31,489 nt of DNA from Promethearchaeota archaeon (GTDB taxonomy: Archaea > Asgardarchaeota > Lokiarchaeia > Sigyniarchaeales > SOKP01). This document shows positions 1 to 9,239 of the stretch, one piece after another. The notes under the pieces are model-generated. The model saw nothing but the letters and a program-made list of their open reading frames with translations, was not told the origin of the DNA and made no database searches. Each line of letters begins with the position of its first letter. Position 1 is the stretch's first letter. Both the position numbers and the translations under genes were made by a program. The stretch covers positions 1 through 31,489 of the forward strand of contig JAEOTZ010000062.1 of the NCBI GenBank assembly GCA_016839585.1, in the 5' to 3' direction.

Positions 1-101
1 AAAATACCTTCCTATATGGTTATAAGTAAATGAAATAATAAAGACTAGTAATTAAATTTTTTCATAATGAAGGATTAACTTTAAAAGGAATAAATCGAGA
101 G

Positions 102-671
102 GTGCTTGTAAAGTTGATATTTCAACTGATAATGCGAGATGCGGATTGGTATTGGTATTTAATAAATGCATTTATCGTGATTATTGGAAGGTTGCTTGAT
201 ATACTTAGTACGAGATATGTATCAAAAGAACTTAAACTGGAGACAAATAAATTAGCAAGGCGAATAGGATGGAGAGGTATGATATTAATGCAAATTCCTA
301 TTATAGTTTTAGGGTCTTTAGATATTTATCTAGCATTTTTTATCTTTATTTGGTCTCTTTTCTTATTTGCTAATAATATTATGGGAAGCTGGAATACTAA
401 GCAAATTGGTGAGGAGCAATACTATAAAGATCTTAAATCGCGTTTAAAACAAACTAAGAGATGGCAGATTATCCTTAGCGAAACCTCATATATTTTCACA
501 TTTACCATAACGGGGATATTTATTATCGTTTTTTTATTTGTTTTTAATGATTTCATAGCAATTATTTTTATCTCATTAGCTTTAATCTGTCAGGGGTTGC
601 TAACTACCATTAGATCCATGAAATATTTATTTGATTTAAGGAAAGAAACTCAAAAGAATAATAATAATTAA
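102..671 (+). CDS. Hypothetical multi-pass membrane protein (about 4-5 TM helices)
   Basis: 189-aa ORF with several hydrophobic stretches (LINAFIVIIG, MILMQIPIIVLG, FFIFIWSLFLF, IFTFTITGIFIIVFLFVF, IAIIFISLALICQG) and a D-x-x-S-T...E-x-N motif. The true start may be TTG at 114, because GAGGTG at 99-104 would act as a Shine-Dalgarno site. Confidence 0.8.
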   Translation: MLVKLIFQLIMRDADWYWYLINAFIVIIGRLLDILSTRYVSKELKLETNKLARRIGWRGMILMQIPIIVLGSLDIYLAFFIFIWSLFLFANNIMGSWNTKQIGEEQYYKDLKSRLKQTKRWQIILSETSYIFTFTITGIFIIVFLFVFNDFIAIIFISLALICQGLLTTIRSMKYLFDLRKETQKNNNN

Positions 672-678
672 ATTGAGA

Positions 679-2796
679 TTAATTCAAACCTTCTAATCGG
701 TCTAAAATACGAGAATGTTTTTTGACCTCATAAACTACAAAAATTACTGAAATTGCTACTATACCGATAATTAAAATCAAAAAGACATTTAACATATACT
801 TTATTATTGGAGTAGGAATTTGAAAATTTAAAGTTCTATTGTAGAAGACTTTAGTATTATTAACATAATCTCGAGCAACAATCATAATTGAATAATTACC
901 CGGTTTTAATTTCTTAATAATAAATTCAAAATCCTTCTTATTTTCTTGAATACTATTTGAAAATTTATAATATGTAAAATTGTTAAAATTGTCATCAGAA
1001 ATTAATAAATATACGCTTTCAATCCCCGATTGATTATCGTGAATTTCTATATTGAAACACATATTATCTGAGACGGAAGGATTTTCTGGAACATATTCTA
1101 AGCTAGAAAGTTCAGGTTTATTATCATCTGAAAGTGTGGAAAAATTAAAATAAGATGGAATTAAATTGTGCCCTGTAATAGTGACGTTGTACGTTTCATT
1201 AGCCTGTGTTGGGACACGAAACTGGGCGATACCCTCTTTATTAGCATATGTAGTAAAATATTTTCCATCAGTAGTTCTAAAATGAACTCTCGCATATGGA
1301 ATTACATTATTAGAAATGTCTCTAATTTCAATAGAAACTAACTGCCCTTCGTAAATACTTTGATTAAAGGGATTACTTGCTCTTTTTGGTTTATTAGTAT
1401 AAATATCAATCTCAGGATCCCCTAATAGACAATAAGTTAATAAATTTTTACGCTCAAAATCATAATTTGTTGACCCATCTCCTCTCTTATAATAATCGCT
1501 ATTTATATATGAGACTTTAGAATCATATAATGCCCTGCCTTGCTGAAACTTTTTTTCTTCAAAAAATTCCTTCCAAAATAACTTGGCATTTCCACGGTTT
1601 AGCATTTCAAGGTTAATATCGTTTTCAAAATACCAAGTTACTCTTAATCCTCCAATAACTCCAATAGAACCAGCGTTCAATTGCTTTATTAGAGTCTCTG
1701 CAATACTTATATCATTATAATCATAGCAAGAGGTAGTACAAGCGTCGATATAAACTAAAGAAGGCATGTATACATTAGAACTTGAACCTGCATCAGTAGA
1801 AGTATATCCTGCTGTAGTTGGATTGCGGTAATAAGTTGTTGGAGCTCCATGTCCTGCCATTATGACTGTTGAATAACCAGCATTAAAATAATTGCGAAGG
1901 TCTATCTGTGTAAGATTTCCTTGTTCTTCAACCAAGTGAGTATAATTTAATATTGGTTTCGCATAATTTTGTATTATATAACTTGTTAATCGACTTTCGT
2001 ATTCCTGTGGAGAATAACTAGAAACTCCTCCAGCTAATAACATTCTATTCATCCAAATATCTATGTAGGGATTCGTCTCATACTTTAAAGTTTTATTTAC
2101 CATTATCTCAAGTTCTTCAACAGTGTCAGCAGGAAATCGACCAACATATACTTCTGGAACCCATGAAATTTCATCATACCTATATAAATTGTCTTGTGGA
2201 GCTTCTCCCCATCTTGAATCTCCATCACTATTCCAAGTACCTGTAAGATCTGCATAATAATAATCCGTAGGCTTATACTCATCATTTCCTACAGTTTCGC
2301 TTCCACCATATCTTACAACATCAGGGTTATATACTTCTCTTATAGGAATTAAATCATTTTGAGCATCCCCAGCTAAAAGAACCCATCGAATATTTTCTTC
2401 ATCATAATATGATTTTATCATGTTTCGAATCTTTTCTGGGTCATCTCTGCCATCATCATAATCCGAAAAATTGCTCAAAATTATTGTTTTAACTCCTTTT
2501 TCATTTTTCCAATCCATTAAAGGTTTTAAAGTATCAACAAAATCAGTTTTATTTGGTGCTATAATTAACATCTCAATTTTTGGATAATACCAATCATTTT
2601 CCAATGATGTGTAATCAATTTCAGGTAAAAATGATAAATCAATTTCAGGATCACTGCTATAAAGATTCAGTTCTTCTGAAATATAAGAATCATTATAAAT
2701 AGCAAAGTATTGACTATAGCTAAGAATAATCGATGGAAACAATAAGAAAAGAATAATAAACAAATACAAAAATTTTTTAGGAAAAGCTCTTAGCAT
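679..2796 (-). CDS. Peptidase family C25 (gingipain-like, clan CD) cysteine protease with N-terminal signal/anchor and C-terminal TM helix
   Basis: C25 hallmarks: LIIAP...KPLMDWKNEKG, WVLLAGD, TDYYYADL, EVYVGRFP, K...YE, catalytic His in MAGHG, catalytic Cys in IDACTT, and LLGDPE. These are followed by Ig-like beta domains and a hydrophobic C-terminal helix with a basic tail. Confidence 0.88.
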   Translation of the reverse strand: MLRAFPKKFLYLFIILFLLFPSIILSYSQYFAIYNDSYISEELNLYSSDPEIDLSFLPEIDYTSLENDWYYPKIEMLIIAPNKTDFVDTLKPLMDWKNEKGVKTIILSNFSDYDDGRDDPEKIRNMIKSYYDEENIRWVLLAGDAQNDLIPIREVYNPDVVRYGGSETVGNDEYKPTDYYYADLTGTWNSDGDSRWGEAPQDNLYRYDEISWVPEVYVGRFPADTVEELEIMVNKTLKYETNPYIDIWMNRMLLAGGVSSYSPQEYESRLTSYIIQNYAKPILNYTHLVEEQGNLTQIDLRNYFNAGYSTVIMAGHGAPTTYYRNPTTAGYTSTDAGSSSNVYMPSLVYIDACTTSCYDYNDISIAETLIKQLNAGSIGVIGGLRVTWYFENDINLEMLNRGNAKLFWKEFFEEKKFQQGRALYDSKVSYINSDYYKRGDGSTNYDFERKNLLTYCLLGDPEIDIYTNKPKRASNPFNQSIYEGQLVSIEIRDISNNVIPYARVHFRTTDGKYFTTYANKEGIAQFRVPTQANETYNVTITGHNLIPSYFNFSTLSDDNKPELSSLEYVPENPSVSDNMCFNIEIHDNQSGIESVYLLISDDNFNNFTYYKFSNSIQENKKDFEFIIKKLKPGNYSIMIVARDYVNNTKVFYNRTLNFQIPTPIIKYMLNVFLILIIGIVAISVIFVVYEVKKHSRILDRLEGLN

Positions 2797-2899
2797 ATTT
2801 TATCAATACTAAAGAATTAATAATCATTTATTTATTACTAGTAATAAAAGTGTATAAATAAGAATATATTGATTTTAAAAAAAAAGAAACGATCATCTA

Positions 2900-3127
2900 A
2901 TGCCTATTAGATTTAATTATTGTCCTCATTGTAATGAAAAAATTATGTTTAGAATAGATTTAGGAGATATTGATACAAGTCAATATCCTGCTCCAGTTTA
3001 TATTATTCATGAAGATACATCTTGCGGAAAAATATCAACTTTTTATGTTGATAGTTTACTTAGAATTTCATATAAAGAACTTGACAAAAAACCTGGTGGA
3101 ATTAAAACTATCAGGACGATAAAATAG
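2900..3127 (+). CDS. Small putative zinc-binding protein (CPHC...H-x4-C)
   Basis: 75-aa ATG-started ORF filling an intergenic gap, with CxxC near the N-terminus and YPAPVYIIHEDTSC..TFYVDS downstream. Confidence 0.75.
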   Translation: MPIRFNYCPHCNEKIMFRIDLGDIDTSQYPAPVYIIHEDTSCGKISTFYVDSLLRISYKELDKKPGGIKTIRTIK

Positions 3128-3252
3128 TCCATCTAATATCCAATTATAAAAGTTTTATATCTATCGATTAGTTTAATAAAAATATTTCCTTAATTTTTAG
3201 TAGGAGATTTAGATAAAAAGTTAGATTTACCTTTATATTTATACTTTAATTT

Positions 3253-4824
3253 TTGACTGTCATGACCTACGATTTAGAAGATGTTCCTGGAATTGGAAAT
3301 GCTACAGCGGATAGACTGAGAGCTGTAGGAATAGACTCAGTTGAAAAATTAGCTTCAATTGAGCTTAGGGACTTATTAAAAAAGCAAATTAAAGGTATAG
3401 GGAAAACTACTGCTCCTAAATACATTAATAATGCTAAAATCTTGCTAGAAAAAAAATTAACAGAGGAAAAAGCATCAACAGAAAGTAAACCAGAAAAGCA
3501 AGTAATTTCTAAAGAAAAAGCCATACATAAAGAAGTAACATCAAAAAAAGTTTCTGAAATTAAAAAACTGATTCAACAACAGGCAGAATGCAATATAGGA
3601 TTAGTAGGTCATGTAGATCATGGAAAGACAACACTAGTAAAGTCTTTAACTGGAGATTGGACAGATAGACATTCAGAGGAGCAAGAGCGAGGTATATCTA
3701 TAAAATTAGGGTATTCGAATGCGACAATTCTTTACTGTCCTACTTGTGACATATATTATACAAAATATATGATTGAACAAGAAAGAGTAAAGGGTCAGCC
3801 ACGATTCACATGCTTAAAATGTAAAGATGAATTAGAGTTTAAAAGAAATATTTCTTTTGTTGATGCACCGGGGCATGAAATATTAATGGCGACTATGTTA
3901 AGTGGAGCTTCTTTGATGAATGGAGCATGTTTATTAATTGCAGCAGATGAAGATTGCCCACAACCCCAAACAAGGGAACATTTAGAGGCCTTAAAAATTG
4001 CCGGGATAAAGAATATTATTATCATTCAAAATAAAATTGACGCCGTTTCAAAAGAACAAGCTTTAGAAAATTATAAACAAATCAAGGAATTTATTAAGGG
4101 AACTATTGCTGAAAATGCTCCAATCATACCCATCTCAGCTGTTTTTAACTCTAATATCGGTCTTATTGTAAGAGCATTTGAAGAAATAATTCCTTCTCCA
4201 GAAACCAATGAAAATGAATCCTTTCAGTTTTTAATTGCTAGATCATTCGATATTAATCGCCCTGGAAAAGAAATTAAAGATTTAAAAGGAGGAGTAATAG
4301 GCGGTTCTGTATTAAAAGGGAAAATTAATATTGGGGATCGAATAGAGATACGCCCTGGTATTCGTATAAAAAATAATTATATGCCTATACAATCAACTAT
4401 CGTAAGTATAAGTCAAGGGAATAATAATTTTGAGAATGCTAAACCTGGTGGCCTAATAGGATTAGGAACAAAATTGGATCCATCCTTAACTAAAGGTGAT
4501 CATCTAATAGGGCATGTAGTTGGGAAACCCGGAACATTACCAGAAATTCTTACTGAAGTGGAATTGAAAGTTAATCTACTTGAACGTGTAATCGGTACTG
4601 AGATGCAAATCAAAGTTTCTGAACTTAAACATAATGAAAAATTGTTATTAGTTGTTGGAACTGAAAAAACAGCTGGAACAGTTACTAAAATTTTAAAAAA
4701 CTCGTTTATCCTTAAATTAAATCCTCCTATTTGTATCCCAGAAAATTTTATATTTGTTATATCCAGAATAATAAATAGACGTTATAGATTAATTGGATAT
4801 GGTGAAATATTTAATCAAAACTAA
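3253..4824 (+). CDS. eif2g: Translation initiation factor aIF2 gamma subunit with N-terminal helix-hairpin-helix extension
   Basis: NIGLVGHVDHGKTT (G1), TDRHSEEQERGISIKLGY, Zn knuckle CPTC/CLKC, FVDAPGHE.LMATMLSGA, PQPQTREH, QNKID, ISA, RSFDINRPG, and RYRLIGYG at the end. The start is probably ATG at 3262 rather than TTG at 3253. Confidence 0.96.
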   Translation: MTVMTYDLEDVPGIGNATADRLRAVGIDSVEKLASIELRDLLKKQIKGIGKTTAPKYINNAKILLEKKLTEEKASTESKPEKQVISKEKAIHKEVTSKKVSEIKKLIQQQAECNIGLVGHVDHGKTTLVKSLTGDWTDRHSEEQERGISIKLGYSNATILYCPTCDIYYTKYMIEQERVKGQPRFTCLKCKDELEFKRNISFVDAPGHEILMATMLSGASLMNGACLLIAADEDCPQPQTREHLEALKIAGIKNIIIIQNKIDAVSKEQALENYKQIKEFIKGTIAENAPIIPISAVFNSNIGLIVRAFEEIIPSPETNENESFQFLIARSFDINRPGKEIKDLKGGVIGGSVLKGKINIGDRIEIRPGIRIKNNYMPIQSTIVSISQGNNNFENAKPGGLIGLGTKLDPSLTKGDHLIGHVVGKPGTLPEILTEVELKVNLLERVIGTEMQIKVSELKHNEKLLLVVGTEKTAGTVTKILKNSFILKLNPPICIPENFIFVISRIINRRYRLIGYGEIFNQN

Positions 4825-4861
4825 GAGAATATCTATAAGTATAAAAAAATAAACTAATTTA

Positions 4862-5188
4862 TTAAGAATAAGAAAGAAAAATCTCACGAATCTTCCCCTT
4901 GATTAGAGACATTGATGGATCTACATTTTCAAATACGTTTTTTAAAGTATGAATGACTTCCTTATCGCTATCAGAATTTTTGGATTTTGAAATTAATTGT
5001 TTAGTTTCATATAATATCAGACTATCTTCGACTTTAGCGAGAAAGTGCAGAACTATTTCTATATTAGCAGTACTGGATAAATCTGATTGACTTTTAATTT
5101 CTTTAAATTCATAAAATATCTCATTCATAACTCGTTTTTCTAGAAAACGCACAAAATCTTCAATATTATCACAGAAGATAACTATCAA
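4862..5188 (-). CDS. Hypothetical soluble alpha/beta protein
   Basis: 108-aa TTG-started ORF, 6 bp downstream of the 558-aa gene on the same strand; no recognised motif. Confidence 0.7.
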   Translation of the reverse strand: MIVIFCDNIEDFVRFLEKRVMNEIFYEFKEIKSQSDLSSTANIEIVLHFLAKVEDSLILYETKQLISKSKNSDSDKEVIHTLKNVFENVDPSMSLIKGKIREIFLSYS

Positions 5189-5194
5189 GTTACT

Positions 5195-6871
5195 TTATCG
5201 TGATTTTTTATTTTTAAGATAGACTATAATTCCTATTATTAAAAAAGATGCATTTATTGACCCAAATATCAATATCCAAATAGGAATATGCATTATATTA
5301 GTATAAATGTAATTAATTTCAGTATAAGTACTAACGTTAGTCCTAATTATTAAATTTCCATATTGGTAAACCTCAACCGTATAATTCCCTTTTGGAACAT
5401 TATTTAATGAAACCTCTCCATTTTCGTTAGTTTTCAAAGGTGCAATAGGTTGAGTTCGGTTATTGGATATATAAGTTCCATAATTTAAATCATAGTAGTA
5501 AAAAAGCAATTTTAAGCCCATAATAGGCATCTTAATATTATCTGTTACTATTATTCTTAAATTATCTACAGCAATATAATTAACACTAAATGGACACGTT
5601 TCCCCCACTAGCATATACGGTAATTCTATTTTTAACCTTACACCTCCATTATTTGTAATGTTTTCATCAAAATATGACACTCCCCTTTCAAATAAGGAAT
5701 TATTACTTAAGATATTTTCGGATGATGTAGCGGGTTCATATATAGATACATGGCTTAAATAAATATGTCTAGGTCCAGAGATTAGTGATGGAAAATAAAT
5801 TCTTTCCCGAATATTTCTTAGGGCTACTAGTCTATCAATAGCCCATGTTTTAGAAACGGGTTCAATAAATCTTACAGTATAATTAGCAGTGAAATTTAGA
5901 AAAAACTTATTTTCATTTGCAAAAAAGGAATCTGACAAAGTTATGTTTATAGATTTATCAAAATTTAGATGATCCTCTATAGCAACGGATTGATTATTTA
6001 ATGAAAGGCTGTGATTGTCTAATAAATCTCTGTCAGGAAGATAAACATTCAAGGCAACCCCTACATTTTCACTAGATATCTTTTGATTAGTTGTTGCATT
6101 ATACATTTGTCCAGTTAACGTAAATTGATAATTGAATTTAGCAGTAAAGTTCTGTTCTGCCTTTAACATATTTAATTTATCTGGATATTGATTTAGGTTC
6201 CACGGATCTATGGTTAAATCATATTCCCAAATAAGGTACATCGTAAAATTAAAGGTAGCTCCTTGTTGAAAATAATCATTATAATCGAAAACTAAGAAAT
6301 CTCTATCATCAATATAATAATCAGTGTCCCTAGTCAATTCTAAAATATCTATGCCATCAAAAACATAAAAATTAGTTAAATAACTTGGATACAAACGAGC
6401 ACGATAAATCAAATATCCTTCATTTGGATTATCATACCATACTTTTAGGGTTTCATTTAACTCTACCCTTATTTCATTTCTATCTATTAGATCACTATTT
6501 AAATTGTCAATTCTTGCTGATTCATTTGTTTCAATAAATTTCATCTCTTTGGAAGTGATATTCAATGCACCTGAATCATAATCATACCACAGAAGGGGAT
6601 AACTTGCATTATAAATATAGTGTCCAATCTCTAGCCCACTAAAAGTCATATTATAGATCGTTATATTTCCCAGACCATGTTTTCTTTCTTCAATTATAGG
6701 GCTATAATCCTCTTTAGAGAAATCATTAATTTTAAGATTATCTTGATTATCATAAATATTAGAATTGGTAAAAATGATTGAAAAGAATGGAACTAAAGTA
6801 CTAAAAATTAGTAATAAAAGTATGAAGAATATTAAATTTTTGACTTTTATATTCCCTTTATTATTAACCAT
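5195..6871 (-). CDS. Membrane-anchored extracellular beta-rich (glyco)protein with C-terminal carboxypeptidase-regulatory/Ig-like domain
   Basis: N-terminal hydrophobic helix, Asn/Tyr/Phe-rich body with many N-x-S/T sequons, TNENGEVSLNNVPKGNYTVEVY motif, and a C-terminal TM helix followed by KNKKSR. Confidence 0.8.
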   Translation of the reverse strand: MVNNKGNIKVKNLIFFILLLLIFSTLVPFFSIIFTNSNIYDNQDNLKINDFSKEDYSPIIEERKHGLGNITIYNMTFSGLEIGHYIYNASYPLLWYDYDSGALNITSKEMKFIETNESARIDNLNSDLIDRNEIRVELNETLKVWYDNPNEGYLIYRARLYPSYLTNFYVFDGIDILELTRDTDYYIDDRDFLVFDYNDYFQQGATFNFTMYLIWEYDLTIDPWNLNQYPDKLNMLKAEQNFTAKFNYQFTLTGQMYNATTNQKISSENVGVALNVYLPDRDLLDNHSLSLNNQSVAIEDHLNFDKSINITLSDSFFANENKFFLNFTANYTVRFIEPVSKTWAIDRLVALRNIRERIYFPSLISGPRHIYLSHVSIYEPATSSENILSNNSLFERGVSYFDENITNNGGVRLKIELPYMLVGETCPFSVNYIAVDNLRIIVTDNIKMPIMGLKLLFYYYDLNYGTYISNNRTQPIAPLKTNENGEVSLNNVPKGNYTVEVYQYGNLIIRTNVSTYTEINYIYTNIMHIPIWILIFGSINASFLIIGIIVYLKNKKSR

Positions 6872-7106
6872 ATCTAACCATATAATGTCAAGCTAATTAG
6901 CACAAAAAATTAAGTTAGATTAAATAATTTTTCCTAAGATTTTAATTTTTATCTTAATTTCCCTTTAAATCTAAGTATTTATAATCATTTATTTAGAATT
7001 TTCACTAAGGCTTGAGGTATAATAACTAAAATTTTAAATTAATTATTAAATTATATTTCAGTTTAATAATATAGTGTTTTTGAATTTTTAATATAAAATG
7101 ATCTAA

Positions 7107-8486
7107 ATGGCTAAGAAACAAGATAAAAACAAGTTTTTAGAAGATCTTGGAACCGCAGTTGATCAATTTATAGATCATTCATATAATAGAATTATTGCCA
7201 TTTCTCACAATGATGCTGATGGGATAAGTAGTTTACATATTATTCAAAATCTTTTACATAAATTGAATATGGATTATGATTATTTTATATATAATAGATC
7301 AGTTTCTTGGGAGAACTATCTAGAAGGTATCTTCTCTAAAAGGCAAACTGATAAAACGGCTTTTATTTTTACTGATGTAGGTTCTAATCTAAATGATTTA
7401 ATTCCAATCATTAATAAAAGAAAAGAAAACTTTTTTATACTTGATCATCATGAAGTAGAAGATAATCTTCATCGAGATAACTATCCTGAAAACCTTTTTT
7501 TTGTAAATCCAACTATTCATGGTTATGATGGACTTGATCACATAGCGGGTGCAACTTTAGCTTATATGTTTGCTAAGCAAATTAAGGCATCTATCATAAA
7601 ACAAGGTTGGCTAACTATTATAGGAATAGCTGGAGATTCGCTAAAGTCAATGGATAAGCTTAAATCATTTAACAGAGAAATATATGAAGAATTAATAGAC
7701 GAAGAACTTATAGAAGATAAAGAGGGTTTAATATTATTTGGAAGTATGCATGAATCGATAAAAAATGGATTAAAAAATAGCATATTACCTTATATTAATG
7801 GATTAGGCAGTGAATCCGATCAAAAAATTAAATCATTCTTAAATGAATTAAATATTAGTCCAAAAACTAGAGTTGTTGATTTAAATAATTCTGAAATCCA
7901 AACTATTCAAAATAAAGCTAATTTTAATAGTCTTGGTCACTATGCTTTACTACCTCAAAAATTTGGTATGTTAAATTTTGCATTTGAGCACGCTTTACTA
8001 TTAAATATTTTATGCTTTAAGAACATTAGTGCTGCGATTTCGATGATCCAACTAAAAACAATAACTCGCTATGCTAAAAATTTATATTTAGAATATATTA
8101 GCAATCTTGCTAGAAATTTGAAAACACTATCAAGCGAATTACCCCGTTATGAAACAAATAAAGCAATATTTATAGATGTTAAAGGGAAGATTGCTCCTAG
8201 TAACTGGTCAGATACAGCTAGCTTTAGTACTGTTAATGAAATTCTTGATCCATATAAAATCTTATTTTTAGGTGGACTTGAAAAAAAATCGGGAACTATT
8301 AAATTAAGTATTAGATGTTCTAGGCAATATTTAGAGAGAAATAATGGTATTGGGGTAAATGATATTATTACAAAAATAAAGAATGAGCTAGGAGGGGTTG
8401 GAGGCGGTCATAAGTTAGCAGGGGGTCTTAGATTATCTCAACCATCTTTCATGCGGTTGAAATCAAACATAGACAATTATATTTAA
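7107..8486 (+). CDS. DHH/DHHA1 phosphoesterase, archaeal RecJ/Cdc45-like nuclease
   Basis: Motifs HNDADG, FTDVGS, ILDHH, VNP...G.DG, GIAGD, KLSIR and GGGHKLAGG, all intact. Confidence 0.9.
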   Translation: MAKKQDKNKFLEDLGTAVDQFIDHSYNRIIAISHNDADGISSLHIIQNLLHKLNMDYDYFIYNRSVSWENYLEGIFSKRQTDKTAFIFTDVGSNLNDLIPIINKRKENFFILDHHEVEDNLHRDNYPENLFFVNPTIHGYDGLDHIAGATLAYMFAKQIKASIIKQGWLTIIGIAGDSLKSMDKLKSFNREIYEELIDEELIEDKEGLILFGSMHESIKNGLKNSILPYINGLGSESDQKIKSFLNELNISPKTRVVDLNNSEIQTIQNKANFNSLGHYALLPQKFGMLNFAFEHALLLNILCFKNISAAISMIQLKTITRYAKNLYLEYISNLARNLKTLSSELPRYETNKAIFIDVKGKIAPSNWSDTASFSTVNEILDPYKILFLGGLEKKSGTIKLSIRCSRQYLERNNGIGVNDIITKIKNELGGVGGGHKLAGGLRLSQPSFMRLKSNIDNYI

Positions 8487-8498
8487 ATTATTGAAATT

Positions 8499-8795
8499 AT
8501 GTCATTTATCGAGAAAATAAGTACTAAAAGCTATTTACTTCATATTTATGCAAAACCGAACTCTAAAAGACAGGATCTTTTAGACGATGGTAAATATTTA
8601 ATTATATATCTTCAATCCAAAGCGATTCAAAATAAAGCTAACAAAGAATTAATCTCTTTTTTAAAAAAAAAATTGAAGGTCTCTAGTAATCATATAGAGA
8701 TTGTTGCTGGAGCAAAAATATCTAATAAATTAATACAAGTTACATTTTCTAAAGAAAATAAAAAAGATGAAGTTATTAGTAAACTTTTAGGTTAA
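8499..8795 (+). CDS. DUF167 / YggU (UPF0235) family protein
   Basis: IYAKPNSK...KAIQNKANKELISFLKKKLKV....IEIVAG...SNKLI matches the DUF167 pattern VKPNS...GKANxELIxFL...I..G..SRxK. Confidence 0.85.
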   Translation: MSFIEKISTKSYLLHIYAKPNSKRQDLLDDGKYLIIYLQSKAIQNKANKELISFLKKKLKVSSNHIEIVAGAKISNKLIQVTFSKENKKDEVISKLLG

Positions 8796-8808
8796 CATTT
8801 TCTAAAAA

Positions 8809-9159
8809 TTAACTTCCAATTTTTTTCATACGACCACATTTTAAACATGTAATAAAATGAGTCATTCCTTCGTCAGCACTTCTTGTTTGGCGAGTTTCTA
8901 AGTGAGCTTTATCATAACCACAACTAGGGCATTTAAAATTTTTTATAGTGCTCCTTAAATTTTCCTCTTTCCAATTCATTACTTCAGTAAGATTTGTAAC
9001 TTCGCTTCGGATAGAATGTTCAATCTTTGTAGTTACTTTATATGCATCTGATTTATCTTCTGAAAAAGGTTTTATTGCTCCACACTTACATTTAAAAACC
9101 TTTTTTCCATTCTTGTTTGAGGGAAGCATCATACCTCCACATTCATCACAGAATTCCAT
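8809..9159 (-). CDS. tfs: Transcription factor S (TFS; RpoM/RPB9/TFIIS-like)
   Basis: N-terminal FCDECGGMMLP...CKCG Zn ribbon and C-terminal CPSCG...QTRSADEGMT.F..CLKCG, with the catalytic DE dipeptide intact. Confidence 0.93.
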   Translation of the reverse strand: MEFCDECGGMMLPSNKNGKKVFKCKCGAIKPFSEDKSDAYKVTTKIEHSIRSEVTNLTEVMNWKEENLRSTIKNFKCPSCGYDKAHLETRQTRSADEGMTHFITCLKCGRMKKIGS

Positions 9160-9239
9160 TGTATTCAGTTCTATTTTAAAAATGTTAAATTTTATTCCCT
9201 AAATTCATTTAAAAACTTATATCAAATATTTGTTTGGAT

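Noticed and set aside
2103-2285. 60-aa alternative-frame ORF inside the C25 peptidase
   Set aside because: Fully nested with no motif; the main frame is intact.
3267-4025. Antisense ORFs 3267..3524 and 3795..4025 within eif2g
   Set aside because: Shadow frames of a strongly conserved gene.
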